From NCBI RefSeq assembly GCF_009914755.1, contig NC_060929.1: DNA of 64,000 nt; one strand, given 5' to 3'. The notes beneath the pieces are model-generated. The model was not told the origin of the DNA. It worked only from the letters and a program-made list of their open reading frames with translations, and ran no database searches. A program made the translations under genes and the position numbers. Below, piece by piece: positions 14,162-27,504 of this stretch. This DNA comes from the human T2T-CHM13v2.0 reference genome, Homo sapiens. Each line of letters starts with the position of its first letter. Position 1 is the first letter of the stretch.

Positions 14162-15744
14162 AATAATTTACATTGCTAATTGCAAAGTTTAATAACCTAT
14201 ATTATCTTTTTAGTCTCAGTGTAAGGGCATTTTCTATACTGAAAGGAAACCTTCTAATAACATGGAATCATTTTGCCATCAGCAGAGTGTGCTGCCATTT
14301 CTGCAAGAGAAGACTTTAGCCAGCAAGGGTACCTGGAGAAAGGACCTTTTCAAGTGACATCATTGCCTACATTGCTTTTCTTTTTGGTAGTGAAGGAGTT
14401 AAAGGAGAGGAAGATTGATCCATAATGACAGTCCCGTGTGTTGTAGTGTGGTGGTTGTCTGGCAACTGTACCTGTAGGAACTCAGTATTGGACTTGTATC
14501 TGTATTAATCCCCTCTTGTTGTCAAGCTTTATAGGTATTTAATATATTAAGCTTGGAAAATACTTAAAAGCAAAAGGGTTTGTTCATTTGATGATCTTTT
14601 GGAATTGTATCAGACTTATTTGTCAACAAATTAGGGTATTGGGGAGTAAGTGCTATGTAATGTCACGAATAGGCCTTGAATGTATTTGAGCATCTTTTTA
14701 ACAAGACTAGCCCTCCCCTTGGTATCTAACATCTCTTATTTTATCTCTACCAAGGGCATATTTCTTCACTTAAAGAACAATTATTGACTCTCTTAAGTGT
14801 GTTAGCTTCTGCACTAGATATGGGCTTGAGTATTAATGTGAGAAAAACAGAGTCCCTGATCTTTTAGTTGAGAGCAGAGGCTTTGTGATCTAGTGCAGAG
14901 CACACCTGGTGAGGAATGTTCTAATTTGTCACACAGGCCACACGGCCATCAGTGTCAGCTATTCTTCTTACACTTTTGTGGACATGAAAGTAAGCTGTGG
15001 ATTATGCCCAATGCCCAGCCCACTGTTTATAGCTCCAATCCAAGCTTTCCTCCTCTGCATATTCTCAGGGTGTCCCATGACATTGGTTAGCACCCTAATC
15101 TATGGCCCCTAGATCTTCATTTCTGTTTTCCATGCCTCAGCTTTCACTTTCAGAGTCTTTTACTATTTTGGCCTCATTATGACTTGCCTTCAGGCCATCA
15201 TTGATCTCCCGTCTAATTAAATTAGGGTCACAGAAAAACTAGGAGGAAAAATTGGCTAAAAAATGACTTATTTTACTAATGAGAAAGCTCTTTAGGGATG
15301 AGAGTGTACCTCAAAATTCTAGAAATGGACATGGTCTCAAGATGAAATATATTAAATTGTGTTGACAATGAATAGGCTAAGCACTTCTATTGCTATCAAT
15401 ATGAAGAATCACCTATTATCATTCACAGCTGTTTCCAAATGCGGACATTTTGTCGTTAATCTTCAGTACAGCCATTATCTTACTTGGCAGAGAAAGTAGA
15501 AAAGTAGTCATTGCTTTGATCACTGTTAAAATAAGTTAGTTTCATATGAATTGTAAGCCTTTTTAGTGGCCACCAAAACATTTGTGACTTTCATCAGCCG
15601 ATTTTATCCCAAATCAGTACATCTGATCACAAAGAACAAAGGGGTGAGACGACAGAGATGAATCAAAATGACCTATCTCCCCTATTCCTGTCATTCCCTA
15701 AGGCAGCACATTCCCTGCCACAGCTCATCAAGAAAAGGAACATT

Positions 15745-16350
15745 TATTAGGTGTATTACCGAATCATTGACATTCAATTGGGAAAGGTGAAGCAGTATAT
15801 TACGGAAAAAGATTCATTAAAAGAGTGAGATCTTATGTAATTGTTGGAGAAGCTGGAGAAGGAAGGATCCAGAGGGAGAAATGGAGGATCTGAGAAAGGA
15901 TCCAGCCAGCTGTCCCAAGGCACTGGAGCTGGTGGGAAGGTCTATGCTTGCAGGGGAATCTCAGAGGCACATGTGTCCAGTTGCCAGAGTAGGGCTATCA
16001 AGGGGAGCTAGGGAAGGGCTTGTGGAAGCTAGCACCGTGGCAGCCACTGCTTCTGGAGGAATTTGGCCAAGTGTTTGGTGAACCTGGGGCTGTTGCTGGT
16101 AGGCAGTGCTGGCAGTCACAAGGAAGAGCTGGACACAAAGCTGGGGGCAGTGAGGACAAGCTGGTGTAAGTTAGCACCTCTGAGTTGGTGTCCATATTTA
16201 GCCACAGGCACCTGCAAAGAGTAAGGGCTACTGCTTCATTTCTGTCTCCCAAAAGTCATACTAGTTCTTAGCCTGCAACCACCCAGGAAAAGAGATTCTT
16301 GGAAATGTAGTTCCAGATCAACCAGGTCCATGCAGTTGAGACCATCAGAG
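15745..16350 (-). mobile_element. Probable old ERVL-type LTR
   Basis: Purine-rich block with 'gagatcttatgtaattgttggagaagctgg' and 'ggaaaagagattcttggaaatgtagttcc'; family not resolved. Confidence 0.4.
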
Positions 16351-16733
16351 TGACAGTGTGGGGCTCTGTGCAGAGTGTCGGTGAGCTTTCCTTGAACATT
16401 CTCATCCCCTGCTCCTTGGCAGACACTTCAAGTAGGTGTCACAGCAAGCCCCCCAAGGGCAGGGACTCTTTATGTCTCACTCATCTTTTTCTCACCATTC
16501 TCAACTCAGAACTTACAGTGGGGGACAAGAGGAGAGGAGAAGAGAAAGTAGTCAGGGCTGGATACAGTAGGTATAATTTTACAATACCTCCTTTGGCCAT
16601 GCTGTAGAATGACTGACTGCAAAGACTGGAGAGTGGTTCTGCAGCAAATGCTAGACTGCCCCTCTTGTCCCTGTCCCCCACTTGTAGCACTGTCCCCCTC
16701 AGATGGGTAACCAGTTAACTTTTTCTTATCTAC

Positions 16734-17253
16734 TGTTGGGGTTCAGAAACCGATATCCTAAAATATGGCATGTGGACACGCTAAACTGAAGAAGAAGCCT
16801 CAAGGTCTCTTTGACCTTGCCTTGCCACCATCTGTCCCAAAACTGTTGTCTGCCTAAGATCCAGACTTACCAAAAGGAACAACTGTGTCTTCTTCCCCTC
16901 GCTGTCAGACCGAGAATGTAACCATACCTGAACAGACCTTTTCACTGCCAAAGGGAACTATTTAAAAGTTCATCTCTGTTCCTAGATCCATTCATTTTCC
17001 CTAGTAATCCCCTCCACAGAATTCCTCTTCTCCCCTCTCCCATAGCCTGTTTTGCCAGGATAGCGTATAAGCTTCTGAACCACCTTGTGGGGTGGGCAAT
17101 CATATTGTGATTTTCCTTGTGCATGCACCTAAAAATAAATAAATAAATAAATAAATTTGTATGCCTTTTCTCCAATTAATCTGCCTTTTGCAAGTTAATT
17201 TTTCAGCAAACCTTCAAAGGGCCAAGGGGCAAACTTTCACCTCGTCCCCTACA
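16734..17253 (+). mobile_element. ERV1 solo LTR (MER39/MER34 group)
   Basis: Starts TGTTGGGGTTCAGAAACCGATATCCTAAAATATGGC and ends CCCCTACA; contains 'tataagcttctg' and an (AAAT)n-expanded polyA signal. Confidence 0.85.
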
Positions 17254-18989
17254 TCTCTTAAAAGTTAGTTAGACTCACAAGTTGCATTGAGCTAGTCATC
17301 AGGAATACAGAGATAGCACATAAGGTGCTCACTTTTAAGGCATTTAAGGGAGCAGGATGACATAAAGTCATGAAAGGTTAAATAGAAAAGTGATAGAAGA
17401 GAAAAATGAGATTTTTACAAATGCCAAGTTCAAAGGAGGAAAATCCACTGTGTCTCAGCACTGTGAGGGAAAGTTTCTTGAGGGAAGTAGTGCAGGCAAA
17501 GGCCTTGAAGATTGGGAGGGACATGATAAACTCAGCACCTGCCATCGTGTCAGTCAGCTTTGGGGATGAAGAAAGCACATGTGGCCTCAACGTGTTACTG
17601 CTGGCAGAGGTGGAACTAGTCAAATTATTCAGTTCTACTACACAAGGAGAAAAAAAAATAATAAAGACTAAGATTAGAGTAACTCAGGAAGGAAAAGTAG
17701 GACAAATTTACATGATAAGAAAATAAAGAACATAGAAAAAAATCTGTCTGTATCTATTTTGAATCTCTACAAAAATTCAATAAAAATGACAACAGATATG
17801 CCTAAAAATGGCTGTGTATTATGGTAGGAACTGTGTTTTTCCTGTGGTTGAGACATTTTGTCTTTAATATATTAATGTGTGTGTGAGACTGGGAGTTCAT
17901 TCTCCAAATGGAATTATATTATTGGATCAGCACACAATTTTTGAGTCAGAATACAATTTGGATCAGAATTATGATTTTTTAAAAATCCTGTGGCTTAATT
18001 GCCAATTCAGGAAAATTAATATGCTCCAGAAAAGGCCCTGCAGAATAAAGTAGGCCAAGGGTTATAATGCAATTGAAGACCATGAACTGGGTCAGCTTTA
18101 GTTTAACAGTTCCTTTCCCTCAATGGCATTTCCTTAAAAACGATCCTGATTCTTTAGTTGTGTTTAATTTTGCTCTAATTTTACTTTTCCTCTCTTTGTA
18201 ATAAGGCCTGGATTATTTCCACTACAGGTTAGCAAATTGGCCACTATTTTCTCTGTATGTCAAAAAGTGTAAATGACAAATGTTCCGCTTTTCTCTAGCA
18301 TAATTAAATTTGGCCTGCAGTTTAAATCCACATAGAGACCATTATTTTCAAACTGAAAGCAATGGATATCCTCAAATTACTTAGAAGCACTGTCATTATG
18401 CACAGACACAAAATTTCTGTAATTTAGAATAAGCCAAATAGATACAAGGCTAATCGTTTCATCGTATTTAGCCTAAGAATAAGACCACAGAGAGGATATG
18501 ATGATAGCTTCTCCCTATTTAAAGGCTGAAGTAAGCAGCAGAGTCAGGATGGACTAATGAAAACATTCTCATAGTCAAAGATCTATGTTTGAAACTCCTC
18601 CTTCTGCAACTTAATTCTCCTTGTGCAATGTAAAGATTGACTGGTTTCCACATTCATAAACTGTGGACTGTGATGAGAAACATCTGAAAGAATAAAATGA
18701 GGTAATGCTGCTGAAAGCACTTTGAAAACCATAAAGCACCAAACAAATATTAGCTGTCAATATCAGCAACAACCCAAAATACTGCATAATGTCATCTGTG
18801 ATAAGAAATATATTTGTAACTGGATAAAAGAAACCTCAATAAATATTTATTGATTAATAATAATTAGATGGTTATGGTGGAACCAAAGTACCAAAGTGTG
18901 ACAGCGTATTAGAATCTTGCAGCTTCGAAAATTCAAAAAATTTGTACAAGAAATAGTTGCCTGAATTCCTACCCAGTATCAGAGCTTCC

Positions 18990-20900
18990 ATGATTAGTAG
19001 CCAATCACGTACATATTTTCTTTTTTTTTTCTTCTAGATGTATCAGGGCATTTTCCCCCTGGACTTTGTTTCTTCAGCTAAAAAACATGACCTTTGACTT
19101 TCTGAGCAGCTGTATATATTTTTCGAAGATCAATCAGGGGAAAAAAATCACTGGAAATGGCAAGTGGATGGGACAGTGCTGCACAGTGTAAATGACAGCT
19201 GAAGGTTGACAAAAACGCAGCCCCCACTTCAGTTCACTGCTCTGTAGCAAATGTCTCAGTTACTCATAGAACTAAGCCACTCTGAAGGACATTCTGGCAG
19301 AAATACTCCTGCCTGCTTTTTAAAAAGAATGTGTGGTGGGTGATGGTGGAATGGCGGGGAAGGTGGAGTGGAAACTCTAAACATTTGCTCCTATCTGTCA
19401 GAAATCATCATCTGAGATAATTTTATTATTAGGGAGGGAAAGCAAACCTCAAGCCGTTGCTTTGACCACAGAGGCCAGAGGTGTTTGTGTTTGTTTCAAG
19501 ATATTGAGTCCGGAGTTGAGATCTGGTATTTTGCTGGTGACTGCTGAAGAGGAGGGATTTGGCTCCTGGCAGAACATAAAGCCAAGCTGACAACAAAGCT
19601 TTCCTTTCAAGCTATCCAAATGAACACATTTCTAATCTGAAATTCAAATACTTGACAACAGAGAGCCTGTGAGCTGGGCTTTGAACAGGAAATTGCTTCA
19701 TGGTTTTAGCATAATGAATTAGGCAGTTAGACTAAATCCATTTAGCAGGAAAAGAATGCTTTCACATGCTAGTGAAAGAAAGGAGGGGGGCAAAACCTTC
19801 TTAATTTCCCAAATTTCACAGGACTTACAGACACAAATGCTCCATATAAATTTTATCTGTTGTGTTCTATAATTGGTATGTAAAAAACCGTCAGGTCCTG
19901 GTATTCAGAAATCACCTTTGTTAGAAAATGCTGCGCCTTTTAATGTTGGGGAAACTGAATGTGATGAATAAAGGTTAACAGTTCTCATCTTTCTCCGCGT
20001 CCTGTTCTTTCCATGCCAGTGGTGAATGCATTTTAATTCTGGAACTCTTTTTTAGTGGCTGCCAGTGTTAAGTTCAACAGATACAATATTGCACTCTTTT
20101 GGGGAACAGGGAAGAGATGGGGAAGAAGAGAGGAATCCTCTCGCCTTCCTGGACACTGGGCTGAGAATTGCACCTCTGAATCTCAGTCCTGAACACAGGA
20201 GGAGCTGCCCAGTCATCCGGGCTTGTGACAACAGAGGTGGGGGCGAGGGAGGGGTAAAGTTTGCTTGTGTCAGGTCCATGTAACAAGATTGACCTTGAGA
20301 GAGCCTGTTGACAGACATCCCTTGGGAAGGAGAGAGCTAGAGAAAATGAAAAACTTTTAAAAAGGAAGAAACAAAGAAAAGCAACAGTACTAATAGCATA
20401 AACAAGACAAAGATCCTGAGAGAGGAGAGGGTTAAATCCTGTCCCAGGGACGCTCGCAGAGAGGAGGGTTGATCTGTAACCAGCCACAGCAGCACTTCCT
20501 AGAGGCTTGCTGACTATCGACACTTTGTTGTGTGGGGCACCGCCTCTGAGCTGGGGCCCAAAGAAGACAGCTAAGGGAACAGTGTTCTGTGTAATCACTC
20601 TGCCACCAGAGAGGACACATGCATAATAAGCTTTGACATCTTTGCATTTACAACTTGCTAGGTAATAGACCCAAACTGTTTCTGGCTCCCCACCTCTATG
20701 GAAACAAAATGTAAATAAATATGGCTTCTTTTTAATCATTGTTTTCAACTTTCCTTTCAGAGGGAACAGTGAAGGCCGTCCAGTTGTCATGGTGATGAAG
20801 ACACTATGACAAATTACATTACAAAGGGATGGTTTTAAAACCACTAATGTGTACCAAGCACCTAATTCATATTTACAGTTAAAATAAAAGAACTGCGTCT
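18990..20900. promoter_or_regulatory. Candidate enhancer/promoter-like non-repeat region
   Basis: No recognisable repeat; DR1 TGACCTTTGACTT (19088-19100), ERR/NR5A site TGACCTTGA (20290-20298), CCAAT (~19001), several forkhead motifs, GC box near 20238. Confidence 0.4.
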
Positions 20901-21927
20901 CAATTTCATCAGTGCTAAGGAAATCACCCTTCTTGGCGCAGACTGGGAGACCCTGACAAGCAAATAGGTTGGTTATAGGATCACCTACTTGAATGGATGA
21001 CTAATGAATTAAGCTGGGAACTATTGACATTTAAATGCATGAGAACAGTTCTGATCTGGAATAGTAATGATCACTCCAGGAGCGGAATATGAATATTTAA
21101 AGGACTCTCTGCCTTGTGAGTTGGGCTGAGGCACCAGGCAGAACTAGTCAAAATTCCTTCAGGATAGTACCTCAACCCAAGGAGTGTGAGATGGGCAGAG
21201 AGGAGAGTCTGATAGCCAACTAGCTCAAATTTATCTAGGGAAAACAGGATGGAATTCCAAATTTAAGCCTGTTGCCAGATATAATATTCCAGAGTCTGGA
21301 GAGAGAAGGGGCTGTTTGCGGGAGGGGCATACACAGAAGCAGGTCCTGAGAGATGAGCTTTTTTGCCCACAGAAGCCAAGAATCCCTTTAATGGGGGCAA
21401 AGTCTTTAATTGTATGAGAAAAGAGAAAGCGTGAAACGTAAGTGAGCCTCGGAGAGCTAAAGTAGAATGAAATTCATGTTGGCTTAGAAAGGGCTCATAT
21501 TAGAGCTTTCTTATGGGGAGGAGAGAAATCTCTAAGGACGGGTTTCTCAAATATAGGCTCTTGCAGATGCTGAGAATATCTTTGCAGACCTGCCCCACAA
21601 CTCTCCCCCAAGAGAGTTTTACAGGCTCTCTTCAAGGAGCTGGAAGCACTGAAAAGGCAGTGACAGATGAGAATAGTTGGGAGCATCAGAGACACTGAAC
21701 ATTTGTCCATCCAAGTCCTTTTAAGAGCAGAGGAAAGGGAAACATTGTATCTCCCCTCCCGGCCTCCACTCCAGGAATTAGAAAGAGTTTAGGCTAAAAA
21801 GGTCTGTTACAAGCTCAATATTTCCTTCAGATTTAGAGACTTATCTTAAAAATTCTTGAGTAATTTATTTTCAGTTCCAGTATGTGTTGATATCATCTTA
21901 ATATAAAAATGATTTAAAATCTACTGT

Positions 21928-22219
21928 TGCCAGGCACAGTGGCTCACGCCTGTAATCCCAGCACTTTGGGAGGCCGAGGTGAGCAGATCACTTGAGGTCA
22001 CAAGTTTGAGACCAGCTGGCCAACATGGTGAAAGCCTGTCTCTATTAAAAATACAAAAAAATTAGCCTGGTGTGGTGGCGGGCACCTGTAATCCCAGCTA
22101 CTTGGGAGGCTGAGACAGGACAATCGCAGGAGGCAGAGGTTGCAGTGAGCCGAGATTGCACCACTGCACTTCAGCCTGGGCAATAGAGCAAGACTCCATC
22201 TAAAAAAAAAAAAAAAAAA
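21928..22219 (+). mobile_element. AluS with a small internal deletion in the right arm
   Basis: Standard Alu dimer with A tail; 'aatcgc|aggagg' lacks 'ttgaaccc'; flanked by AAAATCTACT repeats. Confidence 0.93.
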
Positions 22220-22480
22220 TCTACTATCAAGCTAACTTGAACTTCAGGAAGAGGTGCCATGCTTACTGTGTGGCTTTGCAGGAACTTGGCTCCCTGCTCC
22301 TGGGCTGCCTCCAAGTTGAGGAAAATGGACCTGTGACCAGCTCTTTACATAATTATTGCAAAAAGAGTAGCCAAAAGCCCAGCTCTGGCTGTTGTTTTCA
22401 TATTCAGTTCAACCCTATCTCAAAACAGGTAAAGTAATTTAAGAACTTTCCTTTCTTTTAGCTCTTCCATGTTGCCCCTA

Positions 22481-22825
<345 letters not shown>

Positions 22826-24639
22826 TCAATCTTTTCCTACCTCAACCTCTAAAGATTTAGCATCTCCTTTGGGATGGTTTTTTTCTCTCTTAGTATGTAA
22901 AATATAGTTAGAAACAAATTGCTAATAAGAAATACAAATTGACTGTAAATGCAAATTTACCCCATCAACCTAAACTAAGTCATCTTTCTCTCCTCACCCT
23001 TTTGGAGACAACAGATTTTAATTAAGTATTAGCATAGGCAAAGGGCAAGCCTTACAGGTACATTGCTGAGGAAAATCCTCCAGTGTTTGCATGCCGTTCA
23101 ACAGTGCATTTTTCTGCTTGTCACCAGGTGGTCCCTTAGTGTGGGGACTGCAGAGGCATCTCAAGCCTGTGGGACAGACCCCCATTTGGCGGGCTGATGG
23201 AGCTTTTCCAGCATTGCAACAAACTATACCCCTTTAAAAGGGAAAATATAACAACAGAAGTTAGGAGAAACATTAGCCATCTATTTGTATCATTTCATTA
23301 GTGTTCATTAAAGTTTTTAGTAAAACAGCTAATATAGAACAGGCAGAATAATGTTCTTATTCTTAGCCATAAAATTGAGTTCACCATATATATAGTTAAG
23401 GTAGGTCAATGGCCTTCCTCAAACTCCACTTGTTTGTGTACTATCTTCGTAGATCATCTACACAAAATTATTTTCTTTTTCCATTGTATAACTTTAAATT
23501 ATTTTTGTTTTCTTGGATTTATTATAAGCAAGAATATTGATGAAATGATAATTTTGATATGCTAATGTATCTAAATATATTAAAATAAGTAATTATTAAA
23601 ATACAGGGTAGAATAGTGTGTCCATCTGCCACCTATACATCTTGTGAAACCCCAGTATTACACATAAAACAGGTAACGCTGGACTACATCAAGCCCTACA
23701 GTGATCAGTAAGGGGTTAAACACGGAGAAAGGAAGTAGACCAGATTGCCTATATTCTGTAGGTGGAAGCTTTGGGCTTTGGATTTCAAGGAAGGGTATTT
23801 TGGGCCACAGGCAGGCCAGGAAGAGAGGGAGCGCTGGGCTCCTCTAGGAATTCCTGAGGGGGGCTGGGGGCTAAAGAGTGCATTGCTGAATCCACAGGTA
23901 TGCAGAGCTGGCACTAGAGAACCGTGGCCCAACCTATATCCTGCTCATCCTGGATCACTGCTGGTGCAGGGAGGGAGAGAGACAATGAACTGTTAGATGA
24001 CAAGGCAGACAGTGCCTGTCTGTCAGTTTCCTCTGCATTTGTAACTGTGGGTGGGTTATTATTGGAATAGAGTAAGATCAACTGATATAAAAAAATAAGA
24101 ATGCCTCTTTTTCCTTTGTAGGCAAACCAGTTTGAAGGGTTCAGTAAATGATCCCTGTTTTTGTACCTGCAGCCCATGAGCATGGTGAAAGAGATCAATG
24201 TTTTCCTAGGGGAGTGTGCAGATACTGCAAAAGTTTCCAGCTGAAGCAGAATGTTACATTGAAAGGTCTTGGGCAGCAGCCCATGTGTGGCCAGTGAGGT
24301 TGCATGCTGCCCTGGTGCTGACTAGGCAGGGGAGCATGCGAACATCACCATATCCAGAATTACCCTGGAGGGTCTTGGGAAATGGGCCACTCTAGGCTGA
24401 CATTTCATCCAGACCTTCCCTATTTTCAGCCATGTTCCCCTTGGAGTATAAACACTGGCTAGACAAATAAGAGAAAAGATGTGACAGTGTGGGGTCAAGG
24501 TCTAGGTCTTGCTATTGCTGTAATTTGTTAGTTTTCCAATAAATTAAATCCCTAAGTAGATCAAAGTTATAAGACTGTTATAAGACTGTGCCTAGCATAG
24601 TGCCCAGGATACTGTTCTACCACTAATAATAGGGCAATA

Positions 24640-24875
24640 CAACACATTGTGCTTGCTATTTATAGGCCACTCTTCTGAGTTCGTTACAAGTAGTAATTCA
24701 TTTAATCCTCATCATAAATTATATTCAATATATATGATTCCCACTTCACAGATGGCGAAATTAAGCCCCAGAGTGGCTATTTTGTCTGTGGTCATGCAGC
24801 TAGTGTGAGGCAGAGCTTTGAGAATCCGGGCAGCCTGGCTTTAGAGTGCCCTTAGAACTACTGCACTATTCTGTT
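24640..24875 (-). mobile_element. MIR remnant
   Basis: 'aattcatttaatcctcatca' and 'cccacttcacagatggcgaaattaagccccagag'. Confidence 0.7.
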
Positions 24876-25514
24876 TTGCTTACTCAATATGGAATGGATG
24901 GGAGGAAGGTGAAATAGGGGCTTATATGACCTACTGAGCTTGATGTCTTTGATCCTATGTGCCACCAGAAACTTAGTGGTTGTGAGTCCACTACTTGTGC
25001 TAGAAAGATCAGGGATTTCCTTCCCTCCCACACTCAAAACTAAAATAAATGAATGGAAGGTTCAACTCAGGATTGTCATTAGAGTGTTTGGGGAAAATGT
25101 TACCAGGTTCCTGTTAACTACAACCAACACTGTGTAGATAAATACTATATGTTTCCTGATGTTAATGTTTGGCTTTGAGATAATAGTGGTAAATCAGCAA
25201 ATTCAGGATCATATTTTGTTTGTTTTAGAAGTGCAGACAGGATCTAATCAATTTTTCTTGTTATATCTTCTTACAGAAATCCATTCAGAATGGTCAAGCT
25301 TCTTGAAATAGAATATATGCACATAAACTTTAAACAATATTATAATTGGGTCTGAGCTATTTTGAATTTTGGAATCCAGTTTGTCATAATTGGATCTTCA
25401 AATTAAAGCTCTGGGCAAGTATTTAGATATTAAAATATTAAAAGCATAACATGACCTGGTCATTCTTCATTTAGTGGTATTTGGGTTCCATTACTGAAAT
25501 ATATCCCATAGGGT

Positions 25515-25785
25515 ATGGCCTAGTAGTAAAGCTACAGAGTTCTAGAATCAAATACTTTAAGTTGGAAATCTGTTGGGTTTCCAATACTTGCAGGCTGTAA
25601 TACTTGTAGTACTGAAATACTTGTAGGCTGTGTGTCCTGAGGCAAACTACTTAACCTCTCTGTGCTTCTGTCTTTTCATGTGTAAAATGGGGCTAATGTA
25701 GTCCATGATCATGAGGTGATCCATGTAATGAGCTCTTAGTACAATGCCTGATACATTGTAAGTACTCAGTAAATGTTAGTTAAAA
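25515..25785 (+). mobile_element. MIR remnant
   Basis: 'ctacttaacctctctgtgcttctgtcttttcatgtgtaaaatgggg' and 'gtaagtactcagtaaatgttag'. Confidence 0.75.
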
Positions 25786-27504
25786 TGAAGAAATAAACAT
25801 ACATTGTGCAATTCTAATTTACAATGAACAAAAATTTCATTCAGTAAAAATATTTATTATCAGAAAAAGGTCAAACTCTAGCTCTTTCACAGAATGCTAA
25901 TTCATGAGATTTTAAATTTGTATTTTGATTATATGATTAATGATTAATGGTAGATGCCGTGTCAGACATACTATATGTAAAAGACCCTTCCCCTGATTCC
26001 ACACATATAATCTGAGCATATCTCCTCTACAGTAAACACAATAACTGTGGCTTGAAAATAGCACTGAGTAAGGTGACATTATTTTTTCCTGGCAGTTTCA
26101 CTCCTGTAGTCATCTTATAACTTTGAAGCAGATTAATCCATTAAAAGGTGTACTCCTAGTGTTTAATAATTGCCAGTAAAGTCTAATCAGATAGCAACCG
26201 CTACAGAAGAGCCTTCAAGAAATACTATAAGATAATTAAAACATAAAGGTTATGCAAAAGTAGCAAATCAATAGAGACAGTAAACATGGTTTATCAACAG
26301 TCCTGAGAACATTTTTTCAATTCTAAAATGTAAATGGACTTGGGATAGAGCACACGCTAGGATGATAGATAGGATCCCGGTAACAGTTTAATTAACTCCA
26401 GTTTCCTGTACGTTAAAGGTTGCCTCAACCCACTGGTTCATGTAACAAACTCTCTTAGGATTTCCTTAGCCGCTGTCTGATATGAAGACCAGGCAGCCTT
26501 CCTTCCTTACAGGGTTAAGTTTTGCCCTCCTCCTCTGGAGGCTTTATCAAAACACAACCCTCTGTTTTCTCTATAAATACACAGATATTTTTAATTTCAG
26601 CTAAAATGGTTTGACTTTGTAATCAAGGTAAAAGAAACACACACACACTGCCTAAGTAATGAGAAGAGTTTGCTGGGAAGAGTTGTGTAATTAAAATTAC
26701 ATATTAAAATTCACGTGCAGTGTGTGTAGAATTTTAGAAAAACCATGGCAGCTCTCCAGATGACTCATTTGCTGTTTTAATTCTTCTGTAATGTAGGCGA
26801 TTTTATAATTAGCCACAGAATTGTGCCACTTGGTTAGTTCACAGTGAAAAGAATAATAAAGAATATTTACTATTAAATGATATTAAAACTGCTACTCTGA
26901 GCAGCCCTGGTAAGAAGTAGACATTTACTGTTCCTAGCTAGCCATTATAAATGGAATATAGCCAGTGCTTTGCTTGCAATAGTTAAACCTATTGGGCGAG
27001 ATGAGGGTAAGCTTCATTTGAAGAATTGCAATATTTCTCAAAAATGACTGTGAGGGCCAAGTGTTAAAAGAAAAATTCTTTTTCCAACTGGGTGGAATTA
27101 GGTTTCATGCAATTAACTTTATCATTAGTAAATAAAAGAGTCACTTAACCTCTGCCCTTGCAGAAGTTCTTGATATTTTGCTTAGTAAAGGGCAAGAAAC
27201 CTGTTATGGCTTATTTATTCACTTCGTTAAAAGGTTATTCTTAAATATTGTGATCTAGAAACACATAATACATAATGTTTGTTAATAAAGATATATTTAC
27301 TACACCATTTAAAGAAGCTGGCTATTATATACTGCTCATTAGTGCTGTGAACGGGAAACCTTTTTCTGTTGTTCCCATGGGAAAGGTTATCGAGCTGTCA
27401 GTAAAGGGCTCATTTTCTTTAAATTAAAAATCACGGAAGAATCTTGTGTAGAGGATATTAAAAGCAAGTGTAGTCATGCTGTCTTATTGCAAGAAGAGCT
27501 AGAG

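Noticed and set aside
24567-24590. 11-bp tandem duplication GTTATAAGACT x2
   Set aside because: Ordinary slippage microduplication
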